A stretch of 64,000 bases of DNA from sequence record NC_019538.1; one strand, written 5' to 3'. The notes beneath the pieces were generated by a model that worked only from the letters and a program-made list of their open reading frames with translations, was not told the DNA's origin and searched no databases. Positions 9,659 to 18,453 of this stretch are shown piece after piece. The first letter of the stretch is position 1. Each line of letters begins with the position of its first letter. The position numbers were made by a program, and so were the translations under genes.

Positions 9659-10119
9659 TGCAATATGAAGTAATTTGTGATGAAACAAATAATCCGATGT
9701 TAAATATTCAGTCTCCTGTTCCAACCTATTCTGTACCTCGCAGGGGGTACGTTTTTGTGCATCGTGGGATCTCTGGTATCTATGCTGGTATTCAGCTTGC
9801 ACATGCACTCGCACGACTTGTACATGACCAATACGCAAATACTGATATGATTGAGTGGATCCAAAACCACGAAACGCTGGTTGCTCTTGATGGTGGTAAT
9901 TCCGATAATATGAACCAGATTATGGGAATTTTGTATGGGGCAGATAATGTATTTTCGGCGTTTGAAGAACCCGATATGAACAATATGGTTACTGCAATTG
10001 CATATGTTCCATCTGAGGATGAAATGTTGGATATCGAATTCTATAAAAATAACAAGGAATTGATCCCTACAAATCCAGTAATCGATCTCCTTATTAAAAC
10101 TCGCACTCACAAAGGTTAA
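9658..10119 (+). CDS. peptidyl-tRNA hydrolase 2 (PTH2)-like protein
   Basis: YVFVHRGISGIYAGIQLAHA ... ETLVAL ... FEEPDMNNMVTAIAYVP follows the PTH2-fold motif order. Confidence 0.55.
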   Translation: MQYEVICDETNNPMLNIQSPVPTYSVPRRGYVFVHRGISGIYAGIQLAHALARLVHDQYANTDMIEWIQNHETLVALDGGNSDNMNQIMGILYGADNVFSAFEEPDMNNMVTAIAYVPSEDEMLDIEFYKNNKELIPTNPVIDLLIKTRTHKG

Positions 10120-10122
10120 TAT

Positions 10123-11676
10123 ATGATTCTTGATATTCTGAACGAAATTAATACAGCCCGTGGTAGCGCAAAGCTGGAAGTTTTGAAATCACATGTAGAC
10201 AACGAACTTCTCTCCCGCGTATGTCTGATGACATACAGTAAGCAGATTACCTTTGGTATCAGCAAAAAGACATTCCCAGTCGTGTCGTCCCATACAGGGG
10301 AATGTAGTCTTGAAAAAGCTCTAACTTTCATGATGGAAAAATTTGCAACTCGGGTCTTTACTGGTGGAGATGCAATCAGTAGACTTTCCGAAATTCTCAG
10401 TCAATTGTCTGAATCGGATTCGGAAGTAGTTAAAAGGATCATGTTTGGTGATCTGGATGTCGGTATTAACGTATCCACTATCAATAAGGTATGGAAAGGT
10501 CTGGTTAAAGAACAACCTCAAATGTTGAGTAGCCCGGAAGATCAAAAACTAATTGATAAAATCCTCAAATTGGGTAATGCGTATGCAGAACTTAAGGCGG
10601 ACGGGGCTCGTGGATTTGGTGATGTGACCGGATTATCCACTGATGATGGTGTACATTTCTTTACCCGTAGCTCAAACGAATATTTGGGTCTTAATCGCAT
10701 TATGAGAGCGATTGATAAGATGCAATGCATTGGGTGGGTGTTGGACGGGGAATTCGTTGTACGCGCATCTGATGAGCCAGAAATCGATGTTATGGCATCC
10801 CTCATGGGTGATGTTGAAGAAGTTGAACTATCGAAAAGTAAAAAATACGATAAAACTGTGTTTGACCGTGAATCTGGTAATGGGATCATGAACACCTCCC
10901 TTAAAAACAGTATCACTCCGGAAGACTCAGAACGTGTGGTTTATCAGGTATGGGATATTGTACCCCGTGATGTGTATTATGGTTTGGTTCCATGTCCCCC
11001 AGAATTGACCCAACAGAAACGACGTCAAATTTTGATTGACTTCTTGTCTAAGTTGGATGATGATTGTATCCAGATCATTGAGTCTACCCCCGTAAAAACT
11101 CTTGCCGATGTACGCCGCGTGTATCAGGGTTATGTACAAGATGGATATGAAGGTATCATTCTTAAACACGGTGATTCTTTGTGGGAAAATAAGCGTAGTA
11201 AACTGTTTGTTAAGTTCAAGGAAAAATACCCGTTTGACCTTCGAATCATTGAGGTTTATCCTCATGACAAAGACCCTAACAAGGTTGGTGGATTTGTCAT
11301 GGTTTCCGAATGTGGTACTATCAAGACAAACGGCGGTAGTGGTCTTACTGATACAACACACAAGAAGTCATATAGTTCGGTTGACATTTTTAACCATCCA
11401 GAACTAGAACGATTTGAAGATAAGGGTGGTCAATTTATCGAAATCTATATCCCGTTGGAAGAACGTGGGGAACTAGACAGAGAAAAATTGATGCAGATGT
11501 ACCGCGATGGGGAACTTGATGATATGATTGTTGAGTGTGAAGTTAACGCACCAACCACATCAAAAACTCGGAAAGCTGGTGACCCAGAGTATAGTTTCTT
11601 CTTGCCTATCATCAAGAAACTGAGATGGGATAAGAATACCGCAAACCGCTACGAAGATGTTTTTGTTATCAGTTGA
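10123..11676 (+). CDS. 30: ATP-dependent DNA ligase gp30
   Basis: Adenylation motif AELKADGAR, VLDGEF, YQVWD, EGIILK, VKFKE, FFLPI. Confidence 0.96.
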   Translation: MILDILNEINTARGSAKLEVLKSHVDNELLSRVCLMTYSKQITFGISKKTFPVVSSHTGECSLEKALTFMMEKFATRVFTGGDAISRLSEILSQLSESDSEVVKRIMFGDLDVGINVSTINKVWKGLVKEQPQMLSSPEDQKLIDKILKLGNAYAELKADGARGFGDVTGLSTDDGVHFFTRSSNEYLGLNRIMRAIDKMQCIGWVLDGEFVVRASDEPEIDVMASLMGDVEEVELSKSKKYDKTVFDRESGNGIMNTSLKNSITPEDSERVVYQVWDIVPRDVYYGLVPCPPELTQQKRRQILIDFLSKLDDDCIQIIESTPVKTLADVRRVYQGYVQDGYEGIILKHGDSLWENKRSKLFVKFKEKYPFDLRIIEVYPHDKDPNKVGGFVMVSECGTIKTNGGSGLTDTTHKKSYSSVDIFNHPELERFEDKGGQFIEIYIPLEERGELDREKLMQMYRDGELDDMIVECEVNAPTTSKTRKAGDPEYSFFLPIIKKLRWDKNTANRYEDVFVIS

Positions 11677-11706
11677 CAAAAATGTACAGGGGGAGTAAAA
11701 TCCCCC
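11673..11706 (+). promoter_or_regulatory. sigma70-type promoter whose -10 lies in the loop of an inverted repeat
   Basis: TTGACA(11673-78)-17 nt-TAAAAT(11696-701); GGGGGA/TCCCCC arms at 11689-94 and 11701-06. Confidence 0.7.
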
Positions 11707-11730
11707 ATACAATCAAAAGAGGAATACATT

Positions 11731-11907
11731 ATGAAAGGTTATATCTCATACATGGGTAAAGTTGTTGATGTAGAGCTTGACGAAAATGGTAACATCGATT
11801 TTGAATCTATGGGGATCCCAATCGTCGGGGTTGTACCGACTGCGTTTAACCAAAACACGTTTGTTGATGCATACGGTAATGTCCTTCATTTCAACGTACA
11901 TCGGTAA
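11731..11907 (+). CDS. small hypothetical protein (58 aa)
   Basis: Read by hand: MKGYISYMGKVVDVELDENG...LHFNVHR; GAGGA SD; behind the promoter at 11673. Confidence 0.7.
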   Translation: MKGYISYMGKVVDVELDENGNIDFESMGIPIVGVVPTAFNQNTFVDAYGNVLHFNVHR

Positions 11908-11915
11908 GGGATTTT

Positions 11916-12536
11916 ATGACTCGCAAATTTAAATTCAAAGACGAAGAATCATTTAACAATTTCATCAATAAACATCTTTATATGAAAGGGGTTTTGTTCT
12001 GGTTCAGAGAATTTGAAGTCGATTATGACGAGGACTTTGGTGGGATCTATAATATCCAAGACGTTTTTGGTGATTGGCATACCACCCAGTTTGGTTCGCC
12101 TTTTTTCTGGTATGGTGATATTAAATCGTCCCTTATCGAAATTTATGATTGTGAATATCGCAATAAGTATGGTATGACCAGAGAAGAATACTGGGATGAG
12201 GTAATGCGCCGTCGTCAACCAGAATGGTGTGAGCTGGACCGTCTTAACATGATCGGGTCTCATTTCTTCCATGAAGATGAATACAAAGACACATATTATG
12301 ATGGTAAAATGTCTGTATTCCTTAGTGAGGCAAAAAGACCTTATGGGAACAAAGATATTCAACAGTCTATCGCCTATACTTTGGGGTGGGATTGGGGTCG
12401 TGAACTTTGTTACGATATGAAGGGGTTGCCAGATAATGTAAAAGAAGCAGCTACACAATTACATGAAAAATTGATAGCACAAGTTAGAGAGAAGGAAAAT
12501 AATGAGGAACGAGAACGAAATCACACTAACAAATAG
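11916..12536 (+). CDS. hypothetical protein
   Basis: 206-aa ORF with AAGGG SD; N-terminal KFKFKDEESF motif shared with ORF 57952. Confidence 0.7.
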   Translation: MTRKFKFKDEESFNNFINKHLYMKGVLFWFREFEVDYDEDFGGIYNIQDVFGDWHTTQFGSPFFWYGDIKSSLIEIYDCEYRNKYGMTREEYWDEVMRRRQPEWCELDRLNMIGSHFFHEDEYKDTYYDGKMSVFLSEAKRPYGNKDIQQSIAYTLGWDWGRELCYDMKGLPDNVKEAATQLHEKLIAQVREKENNEERERNHTNK

Positions 12537-13806
12537 TCAACAAATGGCGGTGGATGCGGTTCAATCTGGGACTGGTCATATTACGATATCCGGTCCCCCC
12601 GGTAGTGGTAAAACATTCTTGGTAAAATATATTATCAAAATGCTTGGTGACGAATTGGGTACAGTTCTTGCTGCCCCCACACACCAAGCTAAAATCGTTC
12701 TAACCGAGATGTCAGGTATTGAGGCTTGTACAATCCATAGCTTAATGAAAATCCACCCAGAAACACTCGAAGACATTCAGATCTTTGACCAAAGTAAAAT
12801 GCCAGACCTTAGCACGGTTCGATATCTCATTATCGAAGAAGCGTCTATGCATTCAAAAGCCCTGTTTAATATTACGATGAAATCTATTCCTCCGACTTGT
12901 CGTATTATTGCCATAGGAGATAAAGACCAGATCCAACCAGTAGATCACGCACCGGGCGAATTGAGTCCGTATTTCACAGATAGTAGATTTACTCAAATCC
13001 GAATGACTGATATTATGCGTCAATCTCTGGATAACCCGATTATTCAGGTAGCGACAACTATTAGGGAAGGTGGATGGATCTATCAGAACTGGAACAAAGA
13101 GAAAAAGTCTGGTGTGTATAAAGTAAAAAGTATCACAGACCTGATCAACTCATATCTCCGAGTTGTGAAAACTCCGGAAGACCTAACCAAATACAGGTTC
13201 TTGGCATTTACAAACAAGGTAGTTGATAAAGTCAACTCGATTGTTCGTAAACACGTATATAAAACAGACCTACCATTCATCGAAGGTGAGAAGCTTGTTT
13301 TACAAGAGCCGGTTATGGTTGAATACGACGATGATACGATAGAGACAATCTTCACTAATGGTGAGGTAGTAACTGTCGATGAAATTGAAGTGTCAGATAT
13401 GAACATTCGTATTGATGGCTCCCCAGCATTTTCTATTTCCGTTGCCAAGCTTAAGGTAACATCAGATTTTTCTGGTGTGACCCATGACATAATGTCTGTA
13501 TATGGTGAAGACTCAAAAGCTGAGTTTAATTACCAACTCAGTGAAGCGGCGGCTGTTATAAAACAAATGCAACGTGGACAAACTAAGGCAGCATGGGCTT
13601 CGTTCTGGGATGCTAAAAAGACATTTACAGAAACAAAATCTCTTGGTGCATGTACCATTCATAAAAGCCAAGGATCTACTGTAAAGGGTGTCTGGCTTGG
13701 GTTGCATGATATCAGTTACGCTGATACCGACCTACAACAACAACTTGTTTATGTTGGTGTGACTCGCCCCACGGATTTCTGTTTGTACTTCGATGGCTCT
13801 AAATAA
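12502..13806 (+). CDS. dda: SF1B DNA helicase Dda
   Basis: Walker A GPPGSGKT, LAAPTHQAK, CTIHSLMKI, GDKDQIQPV, CTIHKSQGSTV, YVGVTR. Confidence 0.96.
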   Translation: MRNENEITLTNSQQMAVDAVQSGTGHITISGPPGSGKTFLVKYIIKMLGDELGTVLAAPTHQAKIVLTEMSGIEACTIHSLMKIHPETLEDIQIFDQSKMPDLSTVRYLIIEEASMHSKALFNITMKSIPPTCRIIAIGDKDQIQPVDHAPGELSPYFTDSRFTQIRMTDIMRQSLDNPIIQVATTIREGGWIYQNWNKEKKSGVYKVKSITDLINSYLRVVKTPEDLTKYRFLAFTNKVVDKVNSIVRKHVYKTDLPFIEGEKLVLQEPVMVEYDDDTIETIFTNGEVVTVDEIEVSDMNIRIDGSPAFSISVAKLKVTSDFSGVTHDIMSVYGEDSKAEFNYQLSEAAAVIKQMQRGQTKAAWASFWDAKKTFTETKSLGACTIHKSQGSTVKGVWLGLHDISYADTDLQQQLVYVGVTRPTDFCLYFDGSK

Positions 13807-13828
13807 AGGAAAGGGGGAGTACCCCCTT
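13799..13828 (+). promoter_or_regulatory. late promoter CTAAATA followed by a 5' hairpin
   Basis: CTAAATA 13799-13805 overlaps the dda stop; AAGGGGG-AGTA-CCCCCTT starts at the expected +1. Confidence 0.55.
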
Positions 13829-13847
13829 ACTTGAAAGGAATATGAAA

Positions 13848-14021
13848 ATGAAATGTATCATTTGTAAACAAAAAATTGAATCTCATCAAACCACTGTAGA
13901 TACTCCCCATGGTACTCTCCATTATCAAGGATGTTATGCATACTACAAAGATCAATTTGAAAACTCTAAACTGAACGAATCGGATTTGAGTTCTAAAATT
14001 GAAGAGGTGCAAATGCTGTAA
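13848..14021 (+). CDS. uvsY.-2: small CxxC/HxxxC protein, T4 UvsY.-2 homologue
   Basis: Read by hand: MKCIICKQKIESHQTTVDTPHGTLHYQGCYAYYKD...EEVQML; stop overlaps the uvsY ATG. Confidence 0.8.
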   Translation: MKCIICKQKIESHQTTVDTPHGTLHYQGCYAYYKDQFENSKLNESDLSSKIEEVQML

Positions 14022-14437
14022 TGGATTACTCATTGGAAAGCTTACAAGCCGAATTGGAAAAAGACCTTATTATCGACCGTGGTAATATTCAAAATTCCGC
14101 TATGGACAATCCAGTAATCTATGGGAAATGGATCCGGTATAAAGCAGACTTAAGCCGTCAGCGTATTGGTATTCATTCTTCGCATGTTGTTATCCTGAAA
14201 GATAGTCTAATGCACAATACTGGGCGTGGTGATGATATATGCGAGTTTGATTTTAGTGCAACTGAATTAAAAACTATCATCCCAGCGGACGATAACGTTC
14301 TTTTGTCATCCAAAAAACTGGATTATCTTGATCTTATGATTAAGTTTTGTGACGGTGCAATCGAATCTATCAGACAACGTGGGTTTAGCATTCGAGCGAT
14401 TGTTGACCACCAAGCCCTTATGGTTGGTGTAAAGTAA
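14021..14437 (+). CDS. uvsY: recombination mediator UvsY
   Basis: LQAELEKDLIID, NPVIYGKWIRY, ELKTIIPADD, IESIRQRGFSI. Confidence 0.92.
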   Translation: MDYSLESLQAELEKDLIIDRGNIQNSAMDNPVIYGKWIRYKADLSRQRIGIHSSHVVILKDSLMHNTGRGDDICEFDFSATELKTIIPADDNVLLSSKKLDYLDLMIKFCDGAIESIRQRGFSIRAIVDHQALMVGVK

Positions 14438-14440
14438 AGT

Positions 14441-14475
14441 AAAATCCCAAGTGAATCAATCACTTGGGATTTTTT
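14441..14475 (+). terminator. rho-independent terminator after uvsY
   Basis: AAAATCCCAAGTGA-atcaa-TCACTTGGGATTTT followed by TT. Confidence 0.85.
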
Positions 14476-14497
14476 GTATTTATTTTTCAAAAATCGC

Positions 14498-14525
14498 TTG
14501 CACCAAAATCCAGTTCTGGTAATAT
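14498..14525 (+). promoter_or_regulatory. sigma70-type early promoter candidate
   Basis: TTGCAC-16 nt-TAATAT with a TGn extension. Confidence 0.55.
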
Positions 14526-14572
14526 TACTCATGTCGGGACGGGTTGTCCCTCTTCTGAAAAGGAAATGAACC

Positions 14573-14800
14573 ATGACTATGACCGCTCAAGTTTTCTTCA
14601 CCACTCGTTCTGCTGCTCGTGTCGCTTCCTTCGGTAAAATGACCGACAACGGTAAAGATTCTGCAAATCGTTGGGCTCGTTCTGTAGAGGTTACCCCTTC
14701 TCAGAAAAAAGAGACTATGACCCTCACCCGAACTGGTCGTCGTGGACCTTCCACCCAGACTACCGTGGTTGTTAAGAAAATGAAAACCATGGTTCGCTAA
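14573..14800 (+). CDS. small basic hypothetical protein
   Basis: 75 aa, K/R/T-rich, AAGGA SD, strongly biased codons (GCT, CGT, GGT, ACC). Confidence 0.75.
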   Translation: MTMTAQVFFTTRSAARVASFGKMTDNGKDSANRWARSVEVTPSQKKETMTLTRTGRRGPSTQTTVVVKKMKTMVR

Positions 14801-14811
14801 GGAGAGATAAA

Positions 14812-15168
14812 ATGAATCACTACAACAATGAAGTTTTGAAAAATGGTGAATTTGGTAAAGTTATGGAGATCCGTGAACTGACTAACGAGGTTCGAAAAGA
14901 ACTTAATTGTCTTGTTCTAGAACACTCACGGGGAAAGAACCGCCAAAACTGCATCTTGACTCTCCTTTATGATGTAGACCCAGATCTCGCCCACATGTTT
15001 TCCGCGTCACGTTATGTTCGGGTTGGTGGGACGATCTATCAAAAAGAAAAATGTAGCGTTGGTTTCATTTCTCAGTTGGTCTATGAAACTCTGCGTGATT
15101 ATGAAAAATTCCTGATGAAACCAACAGGCTACGACCCACTGTTCGTTAAAAACAAAAAGCCCGCATAA
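14812..15168 (+). CDS. hypothetical protein
   Basis: 118-aa ORF, AAGGAG SD. Confidence 0.75.
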   Translation: MNHYNNEVLKNGEFGKVMEIRELTNEVRKELNCLVLEHSRGKNRQNCILTLLYDVDPDLAHMFSASRYVRVGGTIYQKEKCSVGFISQLVYETLRDYEKFLMKPTGYDPLFVKNKKPA

Positions 15169-15178
15169 AGCGGGCTTT
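15156..15178. terminator. bidirectional terminator between convergent genes
   Basis: AAAGCCCGC-ataaa-GCGGGCTTT. Confidence 0.75.
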
Positions 15179-15183
15179 AAAAA

Positions 15184-15465
15184 TCAAAAGTCTTCTACTT
15201 CCTCACCACCTTCCTCTTGTTTAAAGGCTTCACGGCGACCATCGATTGCATCCCGGATCTGAATATCATCAGTATCCGAAATAGCAACGGATTTTATTCG
15301 ACTTTTATAATAACGTTCTAGTTCGTCAAGTCCTTTGGGTGTCATTGCTGACATAATTTTACCCAAAAACTTTTCGATACTTACAGCAGGTTTGTCATCA
15401 CCACCATCGGTGTTTTTTTCTTCTACCTCTTCTTGAAGGCGAAGATAATCAGCAAAATATATCAT
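15184..15465 (-). CDS. uvsW.1: UvsW.1
   Basis: SIEKFLGKIMSAMTPKGLDELERYYKSR..ISDTDDIQIRDAIDGRR matches T4 UvsW.1; ATG 15465 after GAGG. Confidence 0.9.
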   Translation of the reverse strand: MIYFADYLRLQEEVEEKNTDGGDDKPAVSIEKFLGKIMSAMTPKGLDELERYYKSRIKSVAISDTDDIQIRDAIDGRREAFKQEEGGEEVEDF

Positions 15466-15466
15466 T

Positions 15467-16390
15467 TTATACCTCTTGAATAATTGATAATACTCTTGGT
15501 AAGTCTCTTTCATATATAGTCTCTGTATTACCAGAGTACAACCAATCAGACACACCAGAAAATTGTTGTTTTATTTTTTGTTCTATATTGAAAGGTACGT
15601 TTCCATCGTCATATAACCGTTTAAACACGTTTTCGGATATTTCCATATCTACACCACGTATATGTTCGGATGACCTTTCGTCGGGGTCTCTATTTGTTAT
15701 CCCATATTTGTATATAACAGGGAGACGTTCTGCTTTGTATTTATACACATAAAACCAACCAGATTTTGATTTGTCATATCCGCCGTGACTAGAACACCCA
15801 GAACACCTATAACCATTTATAAAATTGTTGGCAGTAGAACTATTTATTCCATGATCAGGGCAAATATATTCGAATCTCGATTTTTGGTTTTTATAGCCTT
15901 CTGGAAATCCTAAAAATTCATACCCAGAATCATCACATAAAGACTTAATGTGTGATGATATCTCTTTTAATGTCTTCCTTTTATTTTTACTACACGAAGG
16001 GCATCCAGTTTCTTTATTTACAAAATTTACATAAAATGATTTTTGTGTTCCATGATGTTTACATTCAAATACAACAGAACGCATATCATTTAACTCATAA
16101 TCAGAAAATTCTATAAATTTATATCCAGATTTTTCGCATCTTCGTTTTATTAAAATTTCGTGCTGTTCTTTTGTTAAATGCTTCTTTTTAGAGCACCCAC
16201 AATTGAAATTACCATTCTCCAAATTATATTTTGTTGTAGAGAACGGGTGTGGGTATAACTCTTTATCTTCCGAGCATATCGAACAAGTATATTCGAAATG
16301 GGTTCTTCCCAATTTTTTAATTTTATTAATTACAACAATTTTACCACCACGGTCGGTGGTAAAATTGGAACCTACGAAATCACATATCAA
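15467..16390 (-). mobile_element. free-standing putative homing endonuclease (Cys-rich repeats plus a C-terminal GIY-YIG/T5orf172-like domain)
   Basis: Two tandem C..SGY.F...C..HG...NF.N...CxxC modules; C-terminal FYVY...YKYGITNRD..ER..EH...E..IK...G.TE; more AT-rich than its neighbours; inserted between uvsW and uvsW.1. Confidence 0.75.
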
Positions 16391-17892
16391 AGCAAAATCT
16401 CCTTGATCTGATAATCAAACATCTCACTTGCATATCTTTCGATACGAAGCATTGCATGTTTGTAAGCATAATTTTTATGTGCATATTTAACCGAGCCCGG
16501 TTTTGAATTTTTGGTCTCGATACATAGGTTATCTACAATATCCCATAGAGTGGCTATAGTCTTCTCACCATGCTTTCGAAGAACCCGACCAATACTCTGT
16601 AACGTGGTAACCTTAGATTTAAATGGGGAAGCGAATATAACGTGAAATAGCTTTTTGATAGAAATACCGGTTGAGAATATACCGATAGAAGCAACGATGA
16701 TCATTCCATCGCTACCTTCTGCAATTTTCTTAAGCTGATCCCGTTCCTCTACGTTAGTATCACCATTAGCAAAGAATACATTATCGTGCTTTTTGCTAAG
16801 GGCCTCATAAAGTTTCTTCCCATGTTCCTTATGCCTAAACAATATCAAGGTATTCTCTTTCTTCTCTTTGGCTAATTTTAAAGCCAAACGACACACAAAA
16901 GCATTTCTCTTTGTATGTTCCTCGATATATTTAATCTCTTGTTGATATTCTATTCCTTTAGTTAATACACAATCTTGTTTAGGATACCGCAAGAACAGGT
17001 TATTTATTTTAAGATCTGTTACTTGACCCTCTTCCATAAGTTGTTTAGTACTAACCGGCTTGAATACATCCCCAAACAAACCAACATACGACATAATATT
17101 ACATTTACCATCTTTCAAAGAACCACTCATACCCCATTTAAACGGGCACTCAGAGAGGTTTGTGATGATATTCTTAATCTCACTACCTACGTTGTGACAC
17201 TCATCAATCAAAAGAGCCCCAAATTGACGAAACCAATGAACAGGTTGTTTTGATGCACTTTGCCATGTACTAACGAATACTGGTGCTGGGTGATCTTTTG
17301 TTTTGCCAGCCATAATACCATGAGAAAATTCCCGTCTCATAAACTGGTAATCCGCGAAATCGTCCATCATCTGAGTAACAAGGGAGGTTGTTGGAACGAT
17401 CAGCAATATTTTCCCATCATAATTAGTCATATACCAGTAGCAAATAAGAGCTGCTATTAGGGATTTACCGGCAGATGTAGGAAGGTTTAAGATACCCCGG
17501 TTATTCTGAATTGCGTAATAAACCGCATCAGCCTGATACCAGTGAGCGGTAATCTTATTTCCCCCAGAATATATATCAATATCCGCCAACCATTTGTCAA
17601 ACTCTTCTCTAGATGTGAAATGGCTAATAGGGGTGAAGTCTTCTTCTTTTTCAAATTCGTATTCGTTTCTAGCGCAATATTTCTCAAGGTTATTGACCAG
17701 ACCATAAGGGAATTTCCCATCCGGTTGTAGGAGACGGATCCGACCATCCCAACCGCTATATTTAAACTTAGGATTAAATCTAGCGCCACCTTCCGTCTCA
17801 AATGAATAATACTCTCTCAACTCCATGAAGATGTCACGTTCACACTCAATAATCGCATTACTATAGTCGTTGAATTTAACTGATACTTTCAT
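16387..17892 (-). CDS. uvsW: SF2 DNA/RNA helicase UvsW
   Basis: WDGRIRLL, LPTSAGKS, VPTTSLV.QM, IDECH, GMSGSL, FSTGISIK, LQSIGRVLR; likely start MKVSVKF at 17892. Confidence 0.96.
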   Translation of the reverse strand: MKVSVKFNDYSNAIIECERDIFMELREYYSFETEGGARFNPKFKYSGWDGRIRLLQPDGKFPYGLVNNLEKYCARNEYEFEKEEDFTPISHFTSREEFDKWLADIDIYSGGNKITAHWYQADAVYYAIQNNRGILNLPTSAGKSLIAALICYWYMTNYDGKILLIVPTTSLVTQMMDDFADYQFMRREFSHGIMAGKTKDHPAPVFVSTWQSASKQPVHWFRQFGALLIDECHNVGSEIKNIITNLSECPFKWGMSGSLKDGKCNIMSYVGLFGDVFKPVSTKQLMEEGQVTDLKINNLFLRYPKQDCVLTKGIEYQQEIKYIEEHTKRNAFVCRLALKLAKEKKENTLILFRHKEHGKKLYEALSKKHDNVFFANGDTNVEERDQLKKIAEGSDGMIIVASIGIFSTGISIKKLFHVIFASPFKSKVTTLQSIGRVLRKHGEKTIATLWDIVDNLCIETKNSKPGSVKYAHKNYAYKHAMLRIERYASEMFDYQIKEILL

Positions 17893-17923
17893 CTCATCTC
17901 TCTTTAAATTTTTCACATATATA

Positions 17924-17950
17924 ATTTATTTAGGGTAACACTAAATAAAT
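17924..17950. promoter_or_regulatory. back-to-back late promoters (uvsW and ORF 17993)
   Basis: ATTTATTTAG-ggtaaca-CTAAATAAAT, a perfect 10-bp inverted repeat. Confidence 0.7.
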
Positions 17951-17992
17951 GCGAGGGAATACCATTTCCTCATGACGTAGGGAGAAAATAAA

Positions 17993-18355
17993 ATGCTTAT
18001 AAATAGTAAGCTGTTTAAAGACACCCTACCCGTCCTAACCGTTATTGTGGCGATTTGGGCCTCTATATTTTCATATAATGAATTTATAGCGGATTCCCGC
18101 CAAGTAGCTTTTAAAGAGCAAATCACTTCCCACATGGACAAATCTATAGATAACCTAAGAACGGAGATTAAATCTCTCCCAAATAAGGATTCTGTAGAAA
18201 CTGCTCAACTGCGGGCAATGCTTTATAGCAAGGATCTTATCGATGAGGTTAATAGGGGGAACCGAGTTGAATTGGAGAGACTTGAGAAGCGGATCAGTGA
18301 AATGGAAAACGCCAGAGTTGAGAAGAAAACTCAAACAAAACGCGAGGACGGTTAA
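17993..18355 (+). CDS. late, N-terminally membrane-anchored coiled-coil protein
   Basis: Hydrophobic TLPVLTVIVAIWASIFSY, then charged helical region; GGAG SD; late promoter upstream. Confidence 0.7.
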   Translation: MLINSKLFKDTLPVLTVIVAIWASIFSYNEFIADSRQVAFKEQITSHMDKSIDNLRTEIKSLPNKDSVETAQLRAMLYSKDLIDEVNRGNRVELERLEKRISEMENARVEKKTQTKREDG

Positions 18356-18415
18356 GTTGTCTAACGTGGGTCATGATGCAATTTGCTCATGGCCTTTTTT
18401 CTTTTTAAAAAGGGG

Positions 18416-18445
18416 TTGACTCATGAAACTTATGTGTAGTATTAT
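18416..18445 (+). promoter_or_regulatory. sigma70-type early promoter
   Basis: TTGACT-18 nt-TATTAT with an A-tract upstream, just after a U-tailed hairpin at about 18368-18400. Confidence 0.6.
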
Positions 18446-18453
18446 CTATCTCG

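Noticed and set aside
14491-14503. Possible MotA box (ATCGCTTGCA)
   Set aside because: Imperfect match, better explained as a sigma70 -35; no consistent MotA boxes were seen elsewhere.
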